The notes: generated by a model not told the origin, from the sequence alone. A DNA stretch of 64,000 nucleotides from Candidatus Parcubacteria bacterium (GCA_003599295.1 QZJK01000007.1:2228-66227); one strand, 5' to 3'. Positions 10,268 through 20,530 are shown, counted from the first letter of the stretch. Numbers and translations: made by a program.

Positions 10268-10804
10268 ATGAATTTGTGGCACGATATACCGCTCGGAGAA
10301 AATGCACCTGAAGAGATAAACACCATCATTGAGATACCGCGCGGGAGCCCTAATAAGTACGAAATAGACAAGGCGACAGGCCTCATCAAGCTCGACCGCG
10401 TGAATTATTCCGCTGCACCGTACCCCTTTGATTACGGGTTCGCTCCGCAGACCTATTGGGAAGACAAAGACCCGCTTGATGTCATTGTTCTGACGTCCTA
10501 CCCTCTTTCCCCCGGCATTCTCGTTACCGTGCGACCGGTCGCGGTCATGGAAATGATCGACGATGGCGATTCCGACTATAAAATTATCGCCGTTCCCGTC
10601 GACGACAAGCGCTGGGACGACGTGAAGGACTTGAAAGATCTGAACAAGCACGCGCTCAAGGAATACCAGCACTTTTTCGAAACGTACAAACAGCTCAAGG
10701 GAAAGCCGACGGTCGTCACCATCCGCGGCATCAAGGGCAAGAAAGAAGCGTTGGAGGCGGTCAAGCATTCTGTGAAGCTCTACAAAGAGAATTTCGCCAA
10801 CTAG
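10268..10804 (+). CDS. ppa: inorganic pyrophosphatase
   Basis: MNLWHDIPLG...IIEIPRGSPNKYE...DPLDV: family I PPase motifs. The start was chosen at an internal ATG of the longer ORF. Confidence 0.85.
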   Translation: MNLWHDIPLGENAPEEINTIIEIPRGSPNKYEIDKATGLIKLDRVNYSAAPYPFDYGFAPQTYWEDKDPLDVIVLTSYPLSPGILVTVRPVAVMEMIDDGDSDYKIIAVPVDDKRWDDVKDLKDLNKHALKEYQHFFETYKQLKGKPTVVTIRGIKGKKEALEAVKHSVKLYKENFAN

Positions 10805-10913
10805 TTTCTCCACAATACCCTGTAATAGAGCGCCCCATCGGGCGTCTTCTCTAGTGATATGATGGATACAAGGTATTCACCACATCGGGTTATCAGCCAA
10901 CATCACCATACAT

Positions 10914-11645
10914 ATGCAATTAGTACGATATTCAGGTCTTTCGGTCCTTCTCGGACTCACGCTCCTTCTCGCAAGCGCTAGCATAGCCTTCGCGCAAGAA
11001 GCGAGCGCGGAAGCGAATGCAGAGACGGAGACCAACGTAAAAATACGCCTCCTTCAGTTATTGCACGACACGCGCGCCGAGCTTAAGGCCGACGCTCGCA
11101 CTGAGCTTGGCGGCCTAAAGAATGAGGCGACGGGTATCCGCACGGATGCGCGCATCGAACTTAAGAACGCATCATCGGGCGCGGAGCGCCGCGACGTTGC
11201 AAGGCAAGCTGGCGTGGAATTGCGTGCGAACATCAAGGAACGCTTGCAGGTCCTCTTCCGCACGCACCTCGGTTCCATCATGGCGCGTCTCAACGCGGCG
11301 ATACAGCACTTCGACAACATCGGGGCACGCATCGAATCGCGCATCGAGAAATTGAATGCAAACGGCGTGGATACGACCTCTGTCGAAGCTTCGCTTGAAA
11401 CCGCGGTTGAAGCGAATGCGGAGGCAGAAGCGGACGTCGAGGCGCTTTCGACCCTTGCGTCATCGGTCACGGAAACGAGCAACGCCGACAGGGTGAAAGC
11501 CGAGATACGCGCTGCGATACAAGAAGCGACTGCGAGCATCAAGGCCGCGCATCGCGCGTTCCTTGACACCGCGAAGCAATTGAACGCGCTCGTCCGGGCA
11601 TCTCTCGAAATCAACAGTGAGGCCCGTGTTGACACGGGAAACTAG
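10914..11645 (+). CDS. hypothetical secreted alpha-helical/coiled-coil protein
   Basis: A signal peptide is followed by Ala/Glu/Arg-rich helical repeats. Confidence 0.45.
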   Translation: MQLVRYSGLSVLLGLTLLLASASIAFAQEASAEANAETETNVKIRLLQLLHDTRAELKADARTELGGLKNEATGIRTDARIELKNASSGAERRDVARQAGVELRANIKERLQVLFRTHLGSIMARLNAAIQHFDNIGARIESRIEKLNANGVDTTSVEASLETAVEANAEAEADVEALSTLASSVTETSNADRVKAEIRAAIQEATASIKAAHRAFLDTAKQLNALVRASLEINSEARVDTGN

Positions 11646-11660
11646 CGCTACAATAGCAGC

Positions 11661-11987
11661 ATGGACCAAGCTCCCTACACCTCTCCCATTCCTCCAGCTC
11701 CTGCGCAGCAGGCTCCGGCAAGTTCTTCGCTCGGGCCGGTCATCGGCGCGATAATCGTGATTCTTGTCTTGGGTCTCGGCGCCCTCTACTTCTGGGGAGC
11801 GCAGCTCAACGAACAACCTGACGAGCTTCCGTTCATTCCGGGCGATGGGACGAGCGAATCATGGATGCCGCAATCGTCGGGTTCCGATGAAGCAGCCGCG
11901 ATAGAAGCGGAACTGCAGGCGACCGACATGAGCGCGTTCGAACAACAAATGAATGCCGACCTTGAGGCGACTGAGTCGGGCTTGTGA
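11661..11987 (+). CDS. hypothetical small membrane protein
   Basis: A Pro/Ala-rich N-terminus, one TM helix (VIGAIIVILVLGLGALYFW) and an acidic tail. Confidence 0.4.
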   Translation: MDQAPYTSPIPPAPAQQAPASSSLGPVIGAIIVILVLGLGALYFWGAQLNEQPDELPFIPGDGTSESWMPQSSGSDEAAAIEAELQATDMSAFEQQMNADLEATESGL

Positions 11988-12010
11988 TGAACGAGCATGT
12001 GCAAAAAAAA

Positions 12011-12041
12011 CGCCCGCGGTTTTGCCGCGGGCGTTTCGTTT
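12011..12041 (+). terminator. rho-independent terminator
   Basis: Stem CGCCCGCGG / CCGCGGGCG followed by TTTCGTTT. Confidence 0.6.
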
Positions 12042-12055
12042 GATAGACTCTCGCG

Positions 12056-13123
12056 ATGGCACACCAACTCGCGAACGTAAAAGTCTCGCGCGATACTGAG
12101 CGATGGGAGGCCGAAGTGAAGGCCGAGGTTCCCGCGGACGTTCTCGAGAAATACCGTACGGAAGCACTCAAAGAAATGCAAGCTTCCGCGACACTCGACG
12201 GTTTCCGGCCAGGGAAAGCGCCTATTGAGCGCATCATCGCCGTGTATGGAGAAAGCACTATCCTCAAACACGCGGCTGAGCACGCGATACAACACGAGTT
12301 GCCGGAACTGCTCGCAAAAGAGTCCCTTCTCGCCATCGAATCACCGCACGTATCCATAGAAGAACCGAAAGCGGGCTCGCCGCTCCCCTTCAGCGCACGC
12401 GTCGCACTCTTGCCGAAGGTCGAACTTCCCGACTATAAGAAGATCGCGGCGCGCCAGAACGAGCAAAAAGAAGAAATTACAGTGTCCGACGACGAACACA
12501 AAGACGCGCTCGTGCACTTGCGGCGCGAACGGTTCCGGGTAGAGAAAATGGAAACGGGCACGGAGCCGCAAAAAGCGGCCGAAGAAAGCCGCTCCGCGGA
12601 AGAAAAAGATCTCCCCGCCCTCGACGACGCATTCGTACAATCGCTCGGCTACGAAAACACCGCGACATTCTCCGATATGCTCCGCACGAACATCAAAACG
12701 GAAAAGGAGCGGCATGCGAAAGAAAAAAAACGAGCGGCTATTCTTGACGAACTCGTTAAGGGCGCGACTATTTCCTATCCGGCGCTTCTCAGGGAATACG
12801 AGCTTGATGATATGGAAGCACACATCAAAGATGACCTCATGCGGATCGGCAGAACGTTCGATGAATACATCGCGGAAGTGAAAAAAACACGGGAGGAATT
12901 GCGTTCTGATTGGAAAGACGCCGCGGACAAGCGTGCGCGAACGCGTCTTATACTCTCCGAGATCGCCCGCACCGAGAAACTTGATGCAGATCCGACGGAA
13001 CTCGCGCACGAACTTGAACATGCAAAAAAGCATTACTCCTCCGCAAGCCCGGAAGTGCTCCGCACCAACATCGCGCACGCGCTGCGGAACGAAGCGGTAC
13101 TCCGATTTTTAGAAAGTCAGTAA
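12056..13123 (+). CDS. tig: trigger factor (short form)
   Basis: N-terminal ribosome-binding region with GFRPGKAPI (a GFRxGKxP signature). At 355 aa it is shorter than the typical trigger factor. Confidence 0.75.
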   Translation: MAHQLANVKVSRDTERWEAEVKAEVPADVLEKYRTEALKEMQASATLDGFRPGKAPIERIIAVYGESTILKHAAEHAIQHELPELLAKESLLAIESPHVSIEEPKAGSPLPFSARVALLPKVELPDYKKIAARQNEQKEEITVSDDEHKDALVHLRRERFRVEKMETGTEPQKAAEESRSAEEKDLPALDDAFVQSLGYENTATFSDMLRTNIKTEKERHAKEKKRAAILDELVKGATISYPALLREYELDDMEAHIKDDLMRIGRTFDEYIAEVKKTREELRSDWKDAADKRARTRLILSEIARTEKLDADPTELAHELEHAKKHYSSASPEVLRTNIAHALRNEAVLRFLESQ

Positions 13124-13127
13124 AAAC

Positions 13128-13150
13128 GAAGGGGCGCCATGGGGCGCCCC
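13128..13150. terminator. bidirectional terminator-like palindrome AGGGGCGCCATGGGGCGCCCCT
   Basis: A perfect GC-rich palindrome lies between convergent genes. Confidence 0.4.
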
Positions 13151-13171
13151 TCGATGAATTGTTCGCCCGGC

Positions 13172-13420
13172 TCAGGAGAGCTCGAGAAATTCAGCTCTTC
13201 CTTTGGGCGTGAGTTCGACACCGACGGACACTTTCCACCAGATGTCGAACAAGACCTTGGTGTGCCCTTTATCGGGCACGAGTTCGCAGAGACCTGCGTC
13301 GCAGGCCAAGACCACCGAGGGCACCTCTTCTCCTTGGAAGACGTGCGCTCCCTCGGAGCCAACCAATTTCACCACCCCCATTACGACGTCTCCGTACATG
13401 GGATGATCTCCATTCGGCAC
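13172..13420 (-). CDS. hypothetical small protein
   Basis: 82-aa ORF with its own downstream hairpin. No recognisable domain. Confidence 0.2.
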   Translation of the reverse strand: MPNGDHPMYGDVVMGVVKLVGSEGAHVFQGEEVPSVVLACDAGLCELVPDKGHTKVLFDIWWKVSVGVELTPKGRAEFLELS

Positions 13421-13497
13421 GCGGGATGCATGCTTACCGCACTTTCATGCGTAAACCACCGAGAGTCAAGTGTGTCCGCTGCTCGGCACCCGCTTCG

Positions 13498-13890
13498 TTA
13501 GAAGAGGCCGAAGCCGACGCCTGCCAGGTAGATACCGAGCGCGACCGAAATAAAGCCGCCAGAGATATACCAACGCGAATGATTGAACGTACGGACCAAT
13601 TTCCGCATGCCGGAAAATGGGAGGACGAGATAGATGACGCTCTCAACGATGAGCCACCAACCGATAAGCGTCACAATGCCTCGCCAATCGGGAGAGAGGA
13701 GCGGATGCGCGATAACGATGGCGAGACCTGCGATAAGCTCGACAAGCGCCACGATTAAGACGAGTGCACGGCTGTGCCCAAATTCCGTGACTGCTGGGAT
13801 GAGCGATTTCCGGCGGATCATGATGATAACGCCGGCAATGATGAAATAGAGCCCGAAGAGCTGCGCGAGAAATATGGAAAGTTCATCCAT
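13498..13890 (-). CDS. hypothetical integral membrane protein
   Basis: Four predicted TM helices; 130 aa. Confidence 0.5.
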   Translation of the reverse strand: MDELSIFLAQLFGLYFIIAGVIIMIRRKSLIPAVTEFGHSRALVLIVALVELIAGLAIVIAHPLLSPDWRGIVTLIGWWLIVESVIYLVLPFSGMRKLVRTFNHSRWYISGGFISVALGIYLAGVGFGLF

Positions 13891-13952
13891 GCTTCAATAG
13901 TGTACCGTTCATTCGTAAAAAATACTTTCTAAATCCGCTGACCTGTGGAAAG

Positions 13953-14591
13953 ATGGACTATTTGCAAGCGCCGCAAACTCTCTGTACACTGTCCGGCATG
14001 AATACTCCTACATCTCAAATGCTTGTGCCGATGGTTGTGGAAAAAACTTCCATGGGAGAACGCGCGTACGATATTTACTCGCGCCTCTTAAAGGAGCGTA
14101 TCGTATTTCTGGGCGGTCCCATTGATTCCGACGTCGCGAATCTCGTTATCGCACAGCTCCTCTTTCTCCAGTCGGAAGACCCAAAAAAGGACATATCGTT
14201 CTACATCAACTCCCCCGGCGGCCATGTATCCGCAGGGCTTGCCATCCTCGACACGATGAATCACATCCAGCCGAACGTCTCGACTGTCTGCGTCGGTATG
14301 GCCGCTTCCATGGGCGCCGTGCTTCTCTCTGCGGGTGAAAAGGGCAAGCGTTTCGCTTTGCCGAACGCGGAAATTATGATCCACCAGCCTTCCGGCGGCG
14401 CCGAGGGTATGGCTTCGGATATCGAGATAACCGCGAAGCAGATTCTCCGCCTTCGCGAGCGTCTCAATAAAATACTCGCAAAAAATACCGGCCAAAAAGT
14501 CGAGAAGGTGGCGGACGACGTGGACCGCGACTACTTCATGGACGCCTCCGAGGCAGTAAAATACGGCATAGTGGACAAAGTCCTCACGTAA
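13953..14591 (+). CDS. clpP: ATP-dependent Clp protease proteolytic subunit
   Basis: [18 protein letters not shown]...INSPGG...MIHQPSGG: ClpP catalytic motifs. Confidence 0.9.
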   Translation: MDYLQAPQTLCTLSGMNTPTSQMLVPMVVEKTSMGERAYDIYSRLLKERIVFLGGPIDSDVANLVIAQLLFLQSEDPKKDISFYINSPGGHVSAGLAILDTMNHIQPNVSTVCVGMAASMGAVLLSAGEKGKRFALPNAEIMIHQPSGGAEGMASDIEITAKQILRLRERLNKILAKNTGQKVEKVADDVDRDYFMDASEAVKYGIVDKVLT

Positions 14592-14810
14592 TTGTGTGCT
14601 GCATGGCAAAGAGACCCGAGAGCCCTCTCCTTCGAGGGTTGCTTCTCAAAATGTAAAGGGGTATACTCGCGGTACACCAGCTTAGTATTTATGAAATTTG
14701 CATTTTCCACCGCGCAGAGTGCTATGAACGCGAGCCTCTTTCTTACCAAAGAACTGCACAACACAGCCGTGACGCCGCGTACGTAATCTCGCGCGTGGGA
14801 ATCCACGCGT

Positions 14811-16340
14811 ATGTCAGTACAAACAATCTTGATTCTAGTCGCCCTCGCGGGTCTTTCCGGCGTTGCGTTCGGATATTTCCTGCGGTGGATAATCTCATTA
14901 GGCAAGCGCGGCTCGATGGAGCTCGAGATACGCCAGATGCGGATGGATGCGGAAGAAAAAGCCAAGCGCATCATCACTGAGGCGGAAGAAAAGGCGAAGG
15001 AAAAGGCGATAGAACTCTCGGGTGAGCACAAAGAGCGCGAGCGCGAACTGAAAGCAACGGAAGAGCGACTTGTCCGCAAGGAGGAGCTTCTCGACAAGCG
15101 GCAGGTGAACGTTGACGCAGAAGCGGAGACGCTCTCAAAGAAATTGGAGGAGGCGCAAGCGACAAAAGAAAAGGCGGAAGAGCTCGTCCGAGCTCAACAG
15201 GAAAAATTGGAGAAAGTCGCCGGTCTTTCCGCGGCTGAAGCGAAGGAGGAGCTCATACAGTCGGTGGAAAAACAGTACGAGACCGACCTTGAGGGCCGCA
15301 TGCGCAAGCTCGAGATCTCCGGGAATGAGCGGCTTGAACAGCGGGCAAAAGAGATACTTACGACCGCTGTCCATCGCCTCGGGAATTCCGTCGTGTCCGA
15401 CGTCTTGGCGACGACCATTTCTCTTCCGAACGACGAGATAAAGGGGAAGATAATCGGCAAGGAGGGGCGGAATATTCGCGCGTTCGAGCGCGCCACGGGG
15501 GTCGACGTCATCATCGACGACACTCCCGGCACCATCACCCTTTCTTCCTATGACCCGATACGCCGTCAAATAGCACGCATCGCGCTTGAAAATCTCATCC
15601 TCGACGGCCGCATACAGCCGGCAAAAATAGAAGAGGCGGTTGAAAAAGCCGAAGCGGAGATAAATACCATCATCAAGAAGAAAGGGGCCGAGGCCGCGTA
15701 TGAGGCCCGTGTTCCGAATTTGGACCCGAAGCTCCTCATGATCCTCGGCCGCCTCTACTTCCGCACGAGTTATGGCCAGAACGTCCTCGACCACTCGGTC
15801 GAGATGGCGCATCTCGCCGGCATGCTCGCGGAAGAACTGGGTGCTGACCCTGCCGTCGCGCGCGCGGGAGCGCTTTTCCACGACATCGGAAAGGCTGTCG
15901 ACCATGAAGTGCCGGGTACTCACGTTGAGATAGGCCGCCGCATCCTTCAGAAGTTCGGCGTAGACGAAGCAGTCATCAAGGCGATGCAGGCGCACCACGA
16001 GGAATACCCGTATGAGACGCCGGAATCTATGATAGTGCAGGTCGCCGACGCCATTTCCGGCGGCCGCCCGGGTGCCCGCCGTGATTCCGTCGAACACTAC
16101 ATCAAGCGTCTTGAAGAGCTTGAGGCGCTGGCGAACTCGGAGCCCGGCGTTGAGAAGAGCTACGCCATCGCCGCCGGCCGGGAGATACGCGTCATTGTCA
16201 AACCGGAGGACATTTCGGACCTCGATGCGCGAAAGCTAGCCCGCGATATTGCGGACAAAATAGAGAAAGAGCTTCAGTATCCGGGTGAGATAAAGGTGAG
16301 CGTTATCCGGGAGATGCGGGTTATCGAGTACGCGAGGTAG
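14811..16340 (+). CDS. rny: ribonuclease Y
   Basis: An N-terminal TM helix, a coiled coil, a KH domain (GKIIGKEGRNIR) and an HD domain (HSVEMAHLA...HDIGK). Confidence 0.9.
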   Translation: MSVQTILILVALAGLSGVAFGYFLRWIISLGKRGSMELEIRQMRMDAEEKAKRIITEAEEKAKEKAIELSGEHKERERELKATEERLVRKEELLDKRQVNVDAEAETLSKKLEEAQATKEKAEELVRAQQEKLEKVAGLSAAEAKEELIQSVEKQYETDLEGRMRKLEISGNERLEQRAKEILTTAVHRLGNSVVSDVLATTISLPNDEIKGKIIGKEGRNIRAFERATGVDVIIDDTPGTITLSSYDPIRRQIARIALENLILDGRIQPAKIEEAVEKAEAEINTIIKKKGAEAAYEARVPNLDPKLLMILGRLYFRTSYGQNVLDHSVEMAHLAGMLAEELGADPAVARAGALFHDIGKAVDHEVPGTHVEIGRRILQKFGVDEAVIKAMQAHHEEYPYETPESMIVQVADAISGGRPGARRDSVEHYIKRLEELEALANSEPGVEKSYAIAAGREIRVIVKPEDISDLDARKLARDIADKIEKELQYPGEIKVSVIREMRVIEYAR

Positions 16341-16518
16341 AATTACAATCGAGGAACCTGCCGAAAGTCCCACAAAATGGGGATTATTTGACTTATCTCC
16401 GCATACAATCCGAAATCTCATTTCGGGTTGACACCCCCAAAAAACGGCTCAAAATGGTTCGGTCTAGGTCGAATACACTAAACATAGTGCGCATTACTAT
16501 TTCTAAAACGTACACAGT

Positions 16519-16794
16519 ATGGCAAATAAGATGGATTTGGTGGAAAAGGTCGCCGCAACGATAAATTGCACCAAGGCGGACGCAGAACGTGCGGTGGAAT
16601 CTGTCATCGCGACGATAACCGGCTGCCTCAAGAGAGGCGAGGAAGTGTCCGTGGCAGGGCTTGGCATCTTTGAGGCAAAGACGCGCGCCGGTCGCATGGG
16701 AAGGAACCCACGCACCGGAGCCACTATTGAGATAAAGGCCATGAAAGTTCCGAAGTTCCGGGCTTCCAAGACCCTCAAGGACGCCATTAAGTAA
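16519..16794 (+). CDS. hup: DNA-binding protein HU
   Basis: 91 aa with the HU/IHF fold signature GFGxFExxxRxARxGRNPxTG. Confidence 0.9.
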   Translation: MANKMDLVEKVAATINCTKADAERAVESVIATITGCLKRGEEVSVAGLGIFEAKTRAGRMGRNPRTGATIEIKAMKVPKFRASKTLKDAIK

Positions 16795-16810
16795 TTTTTC
16801 TCTTGCAAGC

Positions 16811-16845
16811 AAAACCCCGCTCTTTTGGCGGGGTTTTGCTTTTGT
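16811..16845 (+). terminator. rho-independent terminator after hup
   Basis: AAAACCCCGC..GCGGGGTTTTGCTTTTGT. Confidence 0.6.
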
Positions 16846-16846
16846 G

Positions 16847-16917
16847 TGCGGGATACCGGAATCGAACCGGTAACTACAGTTTGGAAAACTGTCGTTTTAC
16901 CACTAAACTAATCCCGC
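16847..16917 (-). tRNA. tRNA-Gly (anticodon TCC)
   Basis: The reverse complement folds as a cloverleaf. Acceptor GCGGGAT/ATCCCGC, anticodon loop TTTCCAA, T-loop TTCGATT. Confidence 0.85.
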
Positions 16918-16935
16918 TCTTCATCCACGGTTGGA

Positions 16936-18180
16936 TTGACCTCGAATCCTATCAAAGTTTTCTCTTTGAAGGAACTTGAGCTCCGTCCGGGAACGCCGTA
17001 TATTCCTTTTATCATGCTCATTCTCATTCAGCGGCTGCTCCCGCTCGTTGGAGCGATCGGGGTTACCGTGCTAGTACTGTTCTTACTCGCTTCGCTGACA
17101 GCTCCCGAATCTTCCGCGAGGAACAGCGGGACTTTGAGCAGTACCGTCGAAATCGTAGAGCTCGAGACGGAACCCGCAACGACGACCGCAGTAATTACAG
17201 AAGCGGAAGTTGCTCCCCCGATCCCTGAAGAAAAAGCCGTAAAGCCCGCTCCCCCGCCCCCGACAGAGGAAGAAAAAATCCAAAAAAACGAAGTCGCACG
17301 CATCCAAGATCCCTACCCATTTCCCCCGTTCTCGTTCGAAGAGATCAATACGGATGCCCGTGCAGCCCTAGTGAACTTGCTTTGCATCACCAACGGCCAG
17401 GCGAATTTACTTCCTACGACTGCGAGCGGTGTTTTCATCGATAGCCGCGGGGTAATCCTCACAAATGCTCACGTTGCACAGTACTTCCTCCTCTCGGAGA
17501 GCAAGCGCACAAATCTGGAATGCGTCGTTCGCCAGGGCGCCCCTGCCAAGGCTTTGTGGAAGGCGGAGGTGCTGTATGTTCCCCCGATCTGGATAGAGGA
17601 GCACGCAAAAAGCATCACGGAAGAACGGCAGACGGGAACAGGTGAACACGACTATGCGTTGCTTCGCATCAAAAGTGCGCTTGATGGTACTCCTTTACCC
17701 TCAACTTTCCCGGCGCTTACGCCGGATACGCGTGAGAACATAGCGTTCCTCGATGACCCCATGCTCACAGCAAGCTATCCGGCCGAATTTCTATCGGGAG
17801 GGAACGCTCAGTTCTCCCTATTCCCCGTATCGGCACTGACGACCGTGCGGGAACTTCTTACCTTCGGTAGCGGAAAGGTCGACATCATCTCCCTTGGCGG
17901 TATCGCGGCTGCACAAAGCGGGTCATCTGGCGGAGCCACGGTGAACGCATGGAGTCGTCTCGTCGGCATCATAACGACGACAAGCGAAGGCAAAACAACA
18001 GCGGAACGCGATCTGCGTGCCGTGACGCTTTCCTACATTGACCGGGATATAGGCATTCAATCAGGCTCAAATCTATCCGATCTTCTCTCCGGAGACATTG
18101 CGCAAAAAGCCTCGGACTTCAATCTCAATACGGCGCCGAATCTGGTGCAGCTCCTCCTCGACGGAATAGCTGCACACTAG
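16936..18180 (+). CDS. membrane-anchored trypsin-like serine protease (S1 family)
   Basis: An N-terminal TM helix, a Pro/Glu-rich linker, VFIDSRGVILTNAHV (His motif) and GSSGGA (Ser motif). The start may be further downstream. Confidence 0.6.
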   Translation: MTSNPIKVFSLKELELRPGTPYIPFIMLILIQRLLPLVGAIGVTVLVLFLLASLTAPESSARNSGTLSSTVEIVELETEPATTTAVITEAEVAPPIPEEKAVKPAPPPPTEEEKIQKNEVARIQDPYPFPPFSFEEINTDARAALVNLLCITNGQANLLPTTASGVFIDSRGVILTNAHVAQYFLLSESKRTNLECVVRQGAPAKALWKAEVLYVPPIWIEEHAKSITEERQTGTGEHDYALLRIKSALDGTPLPSTFPALTPDTRENIAFLDDPMLTASYPAEFLSGGNAQFSLFPVSALTTVRELLTFGSGKVDIISLGGIAAAQSGSSGGATVNAWSRLVGIITTTSEGKTTAERDLRAVTLSYIDRDIGIQSGSNLSDLLSGDIAQKASDFNLNTAPNLVQLLLDGIAAH

Positions 18181-18214
18181 TTATAGGCTGGTAATACGCG
18201 CTCGCGCGAAACGT

Positions 18215-18285
18215 TCGGGCCGCCCAGAATCGAACTGGGTCATCTTGCTCCCAAAGCAAGCGTACTACCGGTATACGACGGCCCG
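18215..18285 (-). tRNA. tRNA-Pro (anticodon TGG)
   Basis: On the reverse complement: acceptor CGGGCCG/CGGCCCG, anticodon loop TTTGGGA, T-loop TTCGATT. Confidence 0.85.
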
Positions 18286-18339
18286 TAATCAGGCATACTA
18301 GCACGGATTCTAAAAGACATTCTATAGGACAAGTGTCCT

Positions 18340-18738
18340 TTATAAATTCTCCTCCAGTGCCTGCTCAAACAAACGGCAGCGGGCAGTTTTTGTGCTCTCC
18401 GATAAAATAACGCCGACTACATCGATTTGATACTCACGTAGATCGTGCATGGTTTCCATAAACAGCGTGGCGGTGCGGCCTAGTTTCTTAAGCTTTTCTT
18501 TTGTCACCATCTCCTCGGGGCGATAATCTATCTCTTCGAGAGAATCTGGGAGAATTTCACGTGAAATGGCCTTTACCTCAACAAATCGAACCACATCATC
18601 CTTTTCCGCGATAATATCTATCTCGCCCCAAGGTTTCCTGTAATTCCTATCGAGGATCTTAAATCCCCTCTTAACGAGGAATTGCGACGCTATTTCCTCC
18701 CCAAGTCTTCCAATATGTTTGCGCAATCGGTCTTCCAT
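18340..18738 (-). CDS. yraN: YraN family (UPF0102) endonuclease-like protein
   Basis: 132 aa. The GEIDIIA...VRFVEVK pattern is typical of YraN. Confidence 0.8.
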   Translation of the reverse strand: MEDRLRKHIGRLGEEIASQFLVKRGFKILDRNYRKPWGEIDIIAEKDDVVRFVEVKAISREILPDSLEEIDYRPEEMVTKEKLKKLGRTATLFMETMHDLREYQIDVVGVILSESTKTARCRLFEQALEENL

Positions 18739-19174
18739 GTGTGAATTGTACCTTAGACCCTCGAAGATATGTCTGCCGGATTTGAGGATATTTCACGTGA
18801 AAACACATCTTGACGTTTCTTAGTACCATTTTCTACCTTAAAGTCCATGTGATAGTGGTTGACCGAGACTGTCTTTTTCTCGCAAATACCTATTATTTGG
18901 CTTATACCCTCTAATTTCTTCACTTTATGGATGAAGTTCTGGACAGAAAAGTGTCCTTTATCCACATTTCCACAGAGTTTTCCACATATATGTGGTTAAT
19001 AGAAGATGAAGAAATACGGGAAAAAATCCTCATTACATATGCGGGGCACACAGAATCGTCTTACGGTGTCATTCGTCCGTTTCCTGTCCTTTAGAAAACA
19101 AAACATGACGCTTGTCAACATTGCAACACACATCCAACTTGATTGAAAGATTCTATCCGTACTAACTTGTCCCT

Positions 19175-20239
19175 ATGATAAAGAGCGAGAGCGTGTCCTC
19201 ACGAATACTAGCGCTCATCCTTGTCTCAGCGACGCTCTCTGTTGGGGCATCCATGTTCCCGACTGCTGTTGCGGCTGATACGACCAGTGTCCGAACTCAA
19301 CAGCTCCTCCCCACGACAGGGAACTCTTGCGTCCCGCTTTCTGTGTACGGTTTCACTCCGTACATATATGAGGGCGCTCTACACTCTTTCGAGTTCACGG
19401 TAACGGATGATTCATATGTTGCGATCTCTGGCTCCGCTGGAGAAACACTACTTCCATTCAATCTAATGACGAGGTGGAGAGATACTTCCGGCGCCCTGCG
19501 TATACACGTAGATGTCCAAACAATAACGATATTGAACGGTTTAGAGCTGTCCGTGACGCTGCTTTCTGCAAAGGGAGTGGGACAACCGATTTGCGTATCC
19601 GTAGCCTCTCTGTCCATTTCACCGATGGCAGGGGTAGTGCCTGTCCAAGAAACACCGACAACGGACACGACCCCGGTTACTTCAGGAGGTACTGGAGGGG
19701 GTGGTTCGCCGGTGACGTCTCCAAGAGGAGAGGTAGCTCCCGGAGCAGGTGGGGAGACCACGAGCACATCAACTCCTGGTCCGGCCGCTACGACATCAGG
19801 AGCCGAGAGCCCTTCAGCTATCGCCAGTCTACAAGACAGGCTTTTCGAGCAGTGCGCCGCGGGTGGAGCATTCCGGCTATGGATCGTTCTTCTCGTGGTC
19901 TACGCGCTCATCATGGTCACGGCAGTCTTCGGCCAGTTGCCCGCACCTCAAACCTTCTCGCCTGGCCAGCGGAGTGCGACTATTCTCGTGCCGTTCGCGC
20001 TTCTTCTCGTCTTCTGGTACTTCGTTGAGAGCTGCCGCGCCAACCTTTGGATGCCTATCATTGCATTCGTCATAGCTTTGTTGGGTCTTCTCGGAACGTA
20101 TCGGAACGACCCTCGCGTGACCTCGTACACCGCACGAGTGCGAACATTCGGCGAAGGTCCGAAACCGAAAGAAACGACTCCTGTAAAAAAGGATACGGTC
20201 ATCATCACGCCGCCTCCAACGAAAGGGCCGGATGCTTGA
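19175..20239 (+). CDS. hypothetical surface/membrane protein
   Basis: A signal peptide, a beta-rich domain, a Thr/Gly/Pro linker and three C-terminal TM helices. Confidence 0.45.
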   Translation: MIKSESVSSRILALILVSATLSVGASMFPTAVAADTTSVRTQQLLPTTGNSCVPLSVYGFTPYIYEGALHSFEFTVTDDSYVAISGSAGETLLPFNLMTRWRDTSGALRIHVDVQTITILNGLELSVTLLSAKGVGQPICVSVASLSISPMAGVVPVQETPTTDTTPVTSGGTGGGGSPVTSPRGEVAPGAGGETTSTSTPGPAATTSGAESPSAIASLQDRLFEQCAAGGAFRLWIVLLVVYALIMVTAVFGQLPAPQTFSPGQRSATILVPFALLLVFWYFVESCRANLWMPIIAFVIALLGLLGTYRNDPRVTSYTARVRTFGEGPKPKETTPVKKDTVIITPPPTKGPDA

Positions 20240-20285
20240 TTGGCCACGGATATCAGGCTACTGTATAATCCCACGCGAAGTTTAC

Positions 20286-20356
20286 GCGGGTATGGTTTAG
20301 TGGTAGAACGCGTCCTTGCCAAGGACGAGAGCGGAGTTCGATTCTCCGTACCCGCA
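20286..20356 (+). tRNA. tRNA-Gly (anticodon GCC)
   Basis: GCGGGTA...anticodon loop TTGCCAA...GTTCGATTCTCC GTACCCGC A. Confidence 0.85.
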
Positions 20357-20377
20357 CAGAGTGAACGAAGTGAAGCC

Positions 20378-20530
20378 TGTGCGGGTACAGCACGCAAATT
20401 TATTTGCGTGCGTGGAGAATCGAACGCCGGAGCGATGTGAGGCGAGCTTGCCGAACAGCGAGGCGGTGCCCAGCCCGAGGCGAGCGACGGCGAGCCGAGA
20501 GGCGCGGGCGATTCCCGTACCCGCACAATA
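20378..20530. repeat. partial inverted and direct copies of the tRNA-Gly 3' end (att-like scar) with an embedded 22-nt palindrome
   Basis: An inverted copy TGTGCGGGTACAG / GGAGAATCGAAC lies at 20378-20426 and a direct copy GATTCCCGTACCCGCACA at 20512-20530. The palindrome GCACGCAAATTTATTTGCGTGC is at 20391-20412. Confidence 0.45.

Noticed and set aside
13139-13501. 120-aa plus-strand ORF between tig and the membrane protein
   Set aside because: It overlaps the more plausible minus-strand small ORF and the terminator palindrome. Its sequence is low-complexity.
18753-18965. 70-aa minus-strand ORF in the AT-rich island
   Set aside because: It has no RBS or domain and lies in a region dominated by repeat motifs. 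It is kept only as a note in the findings.
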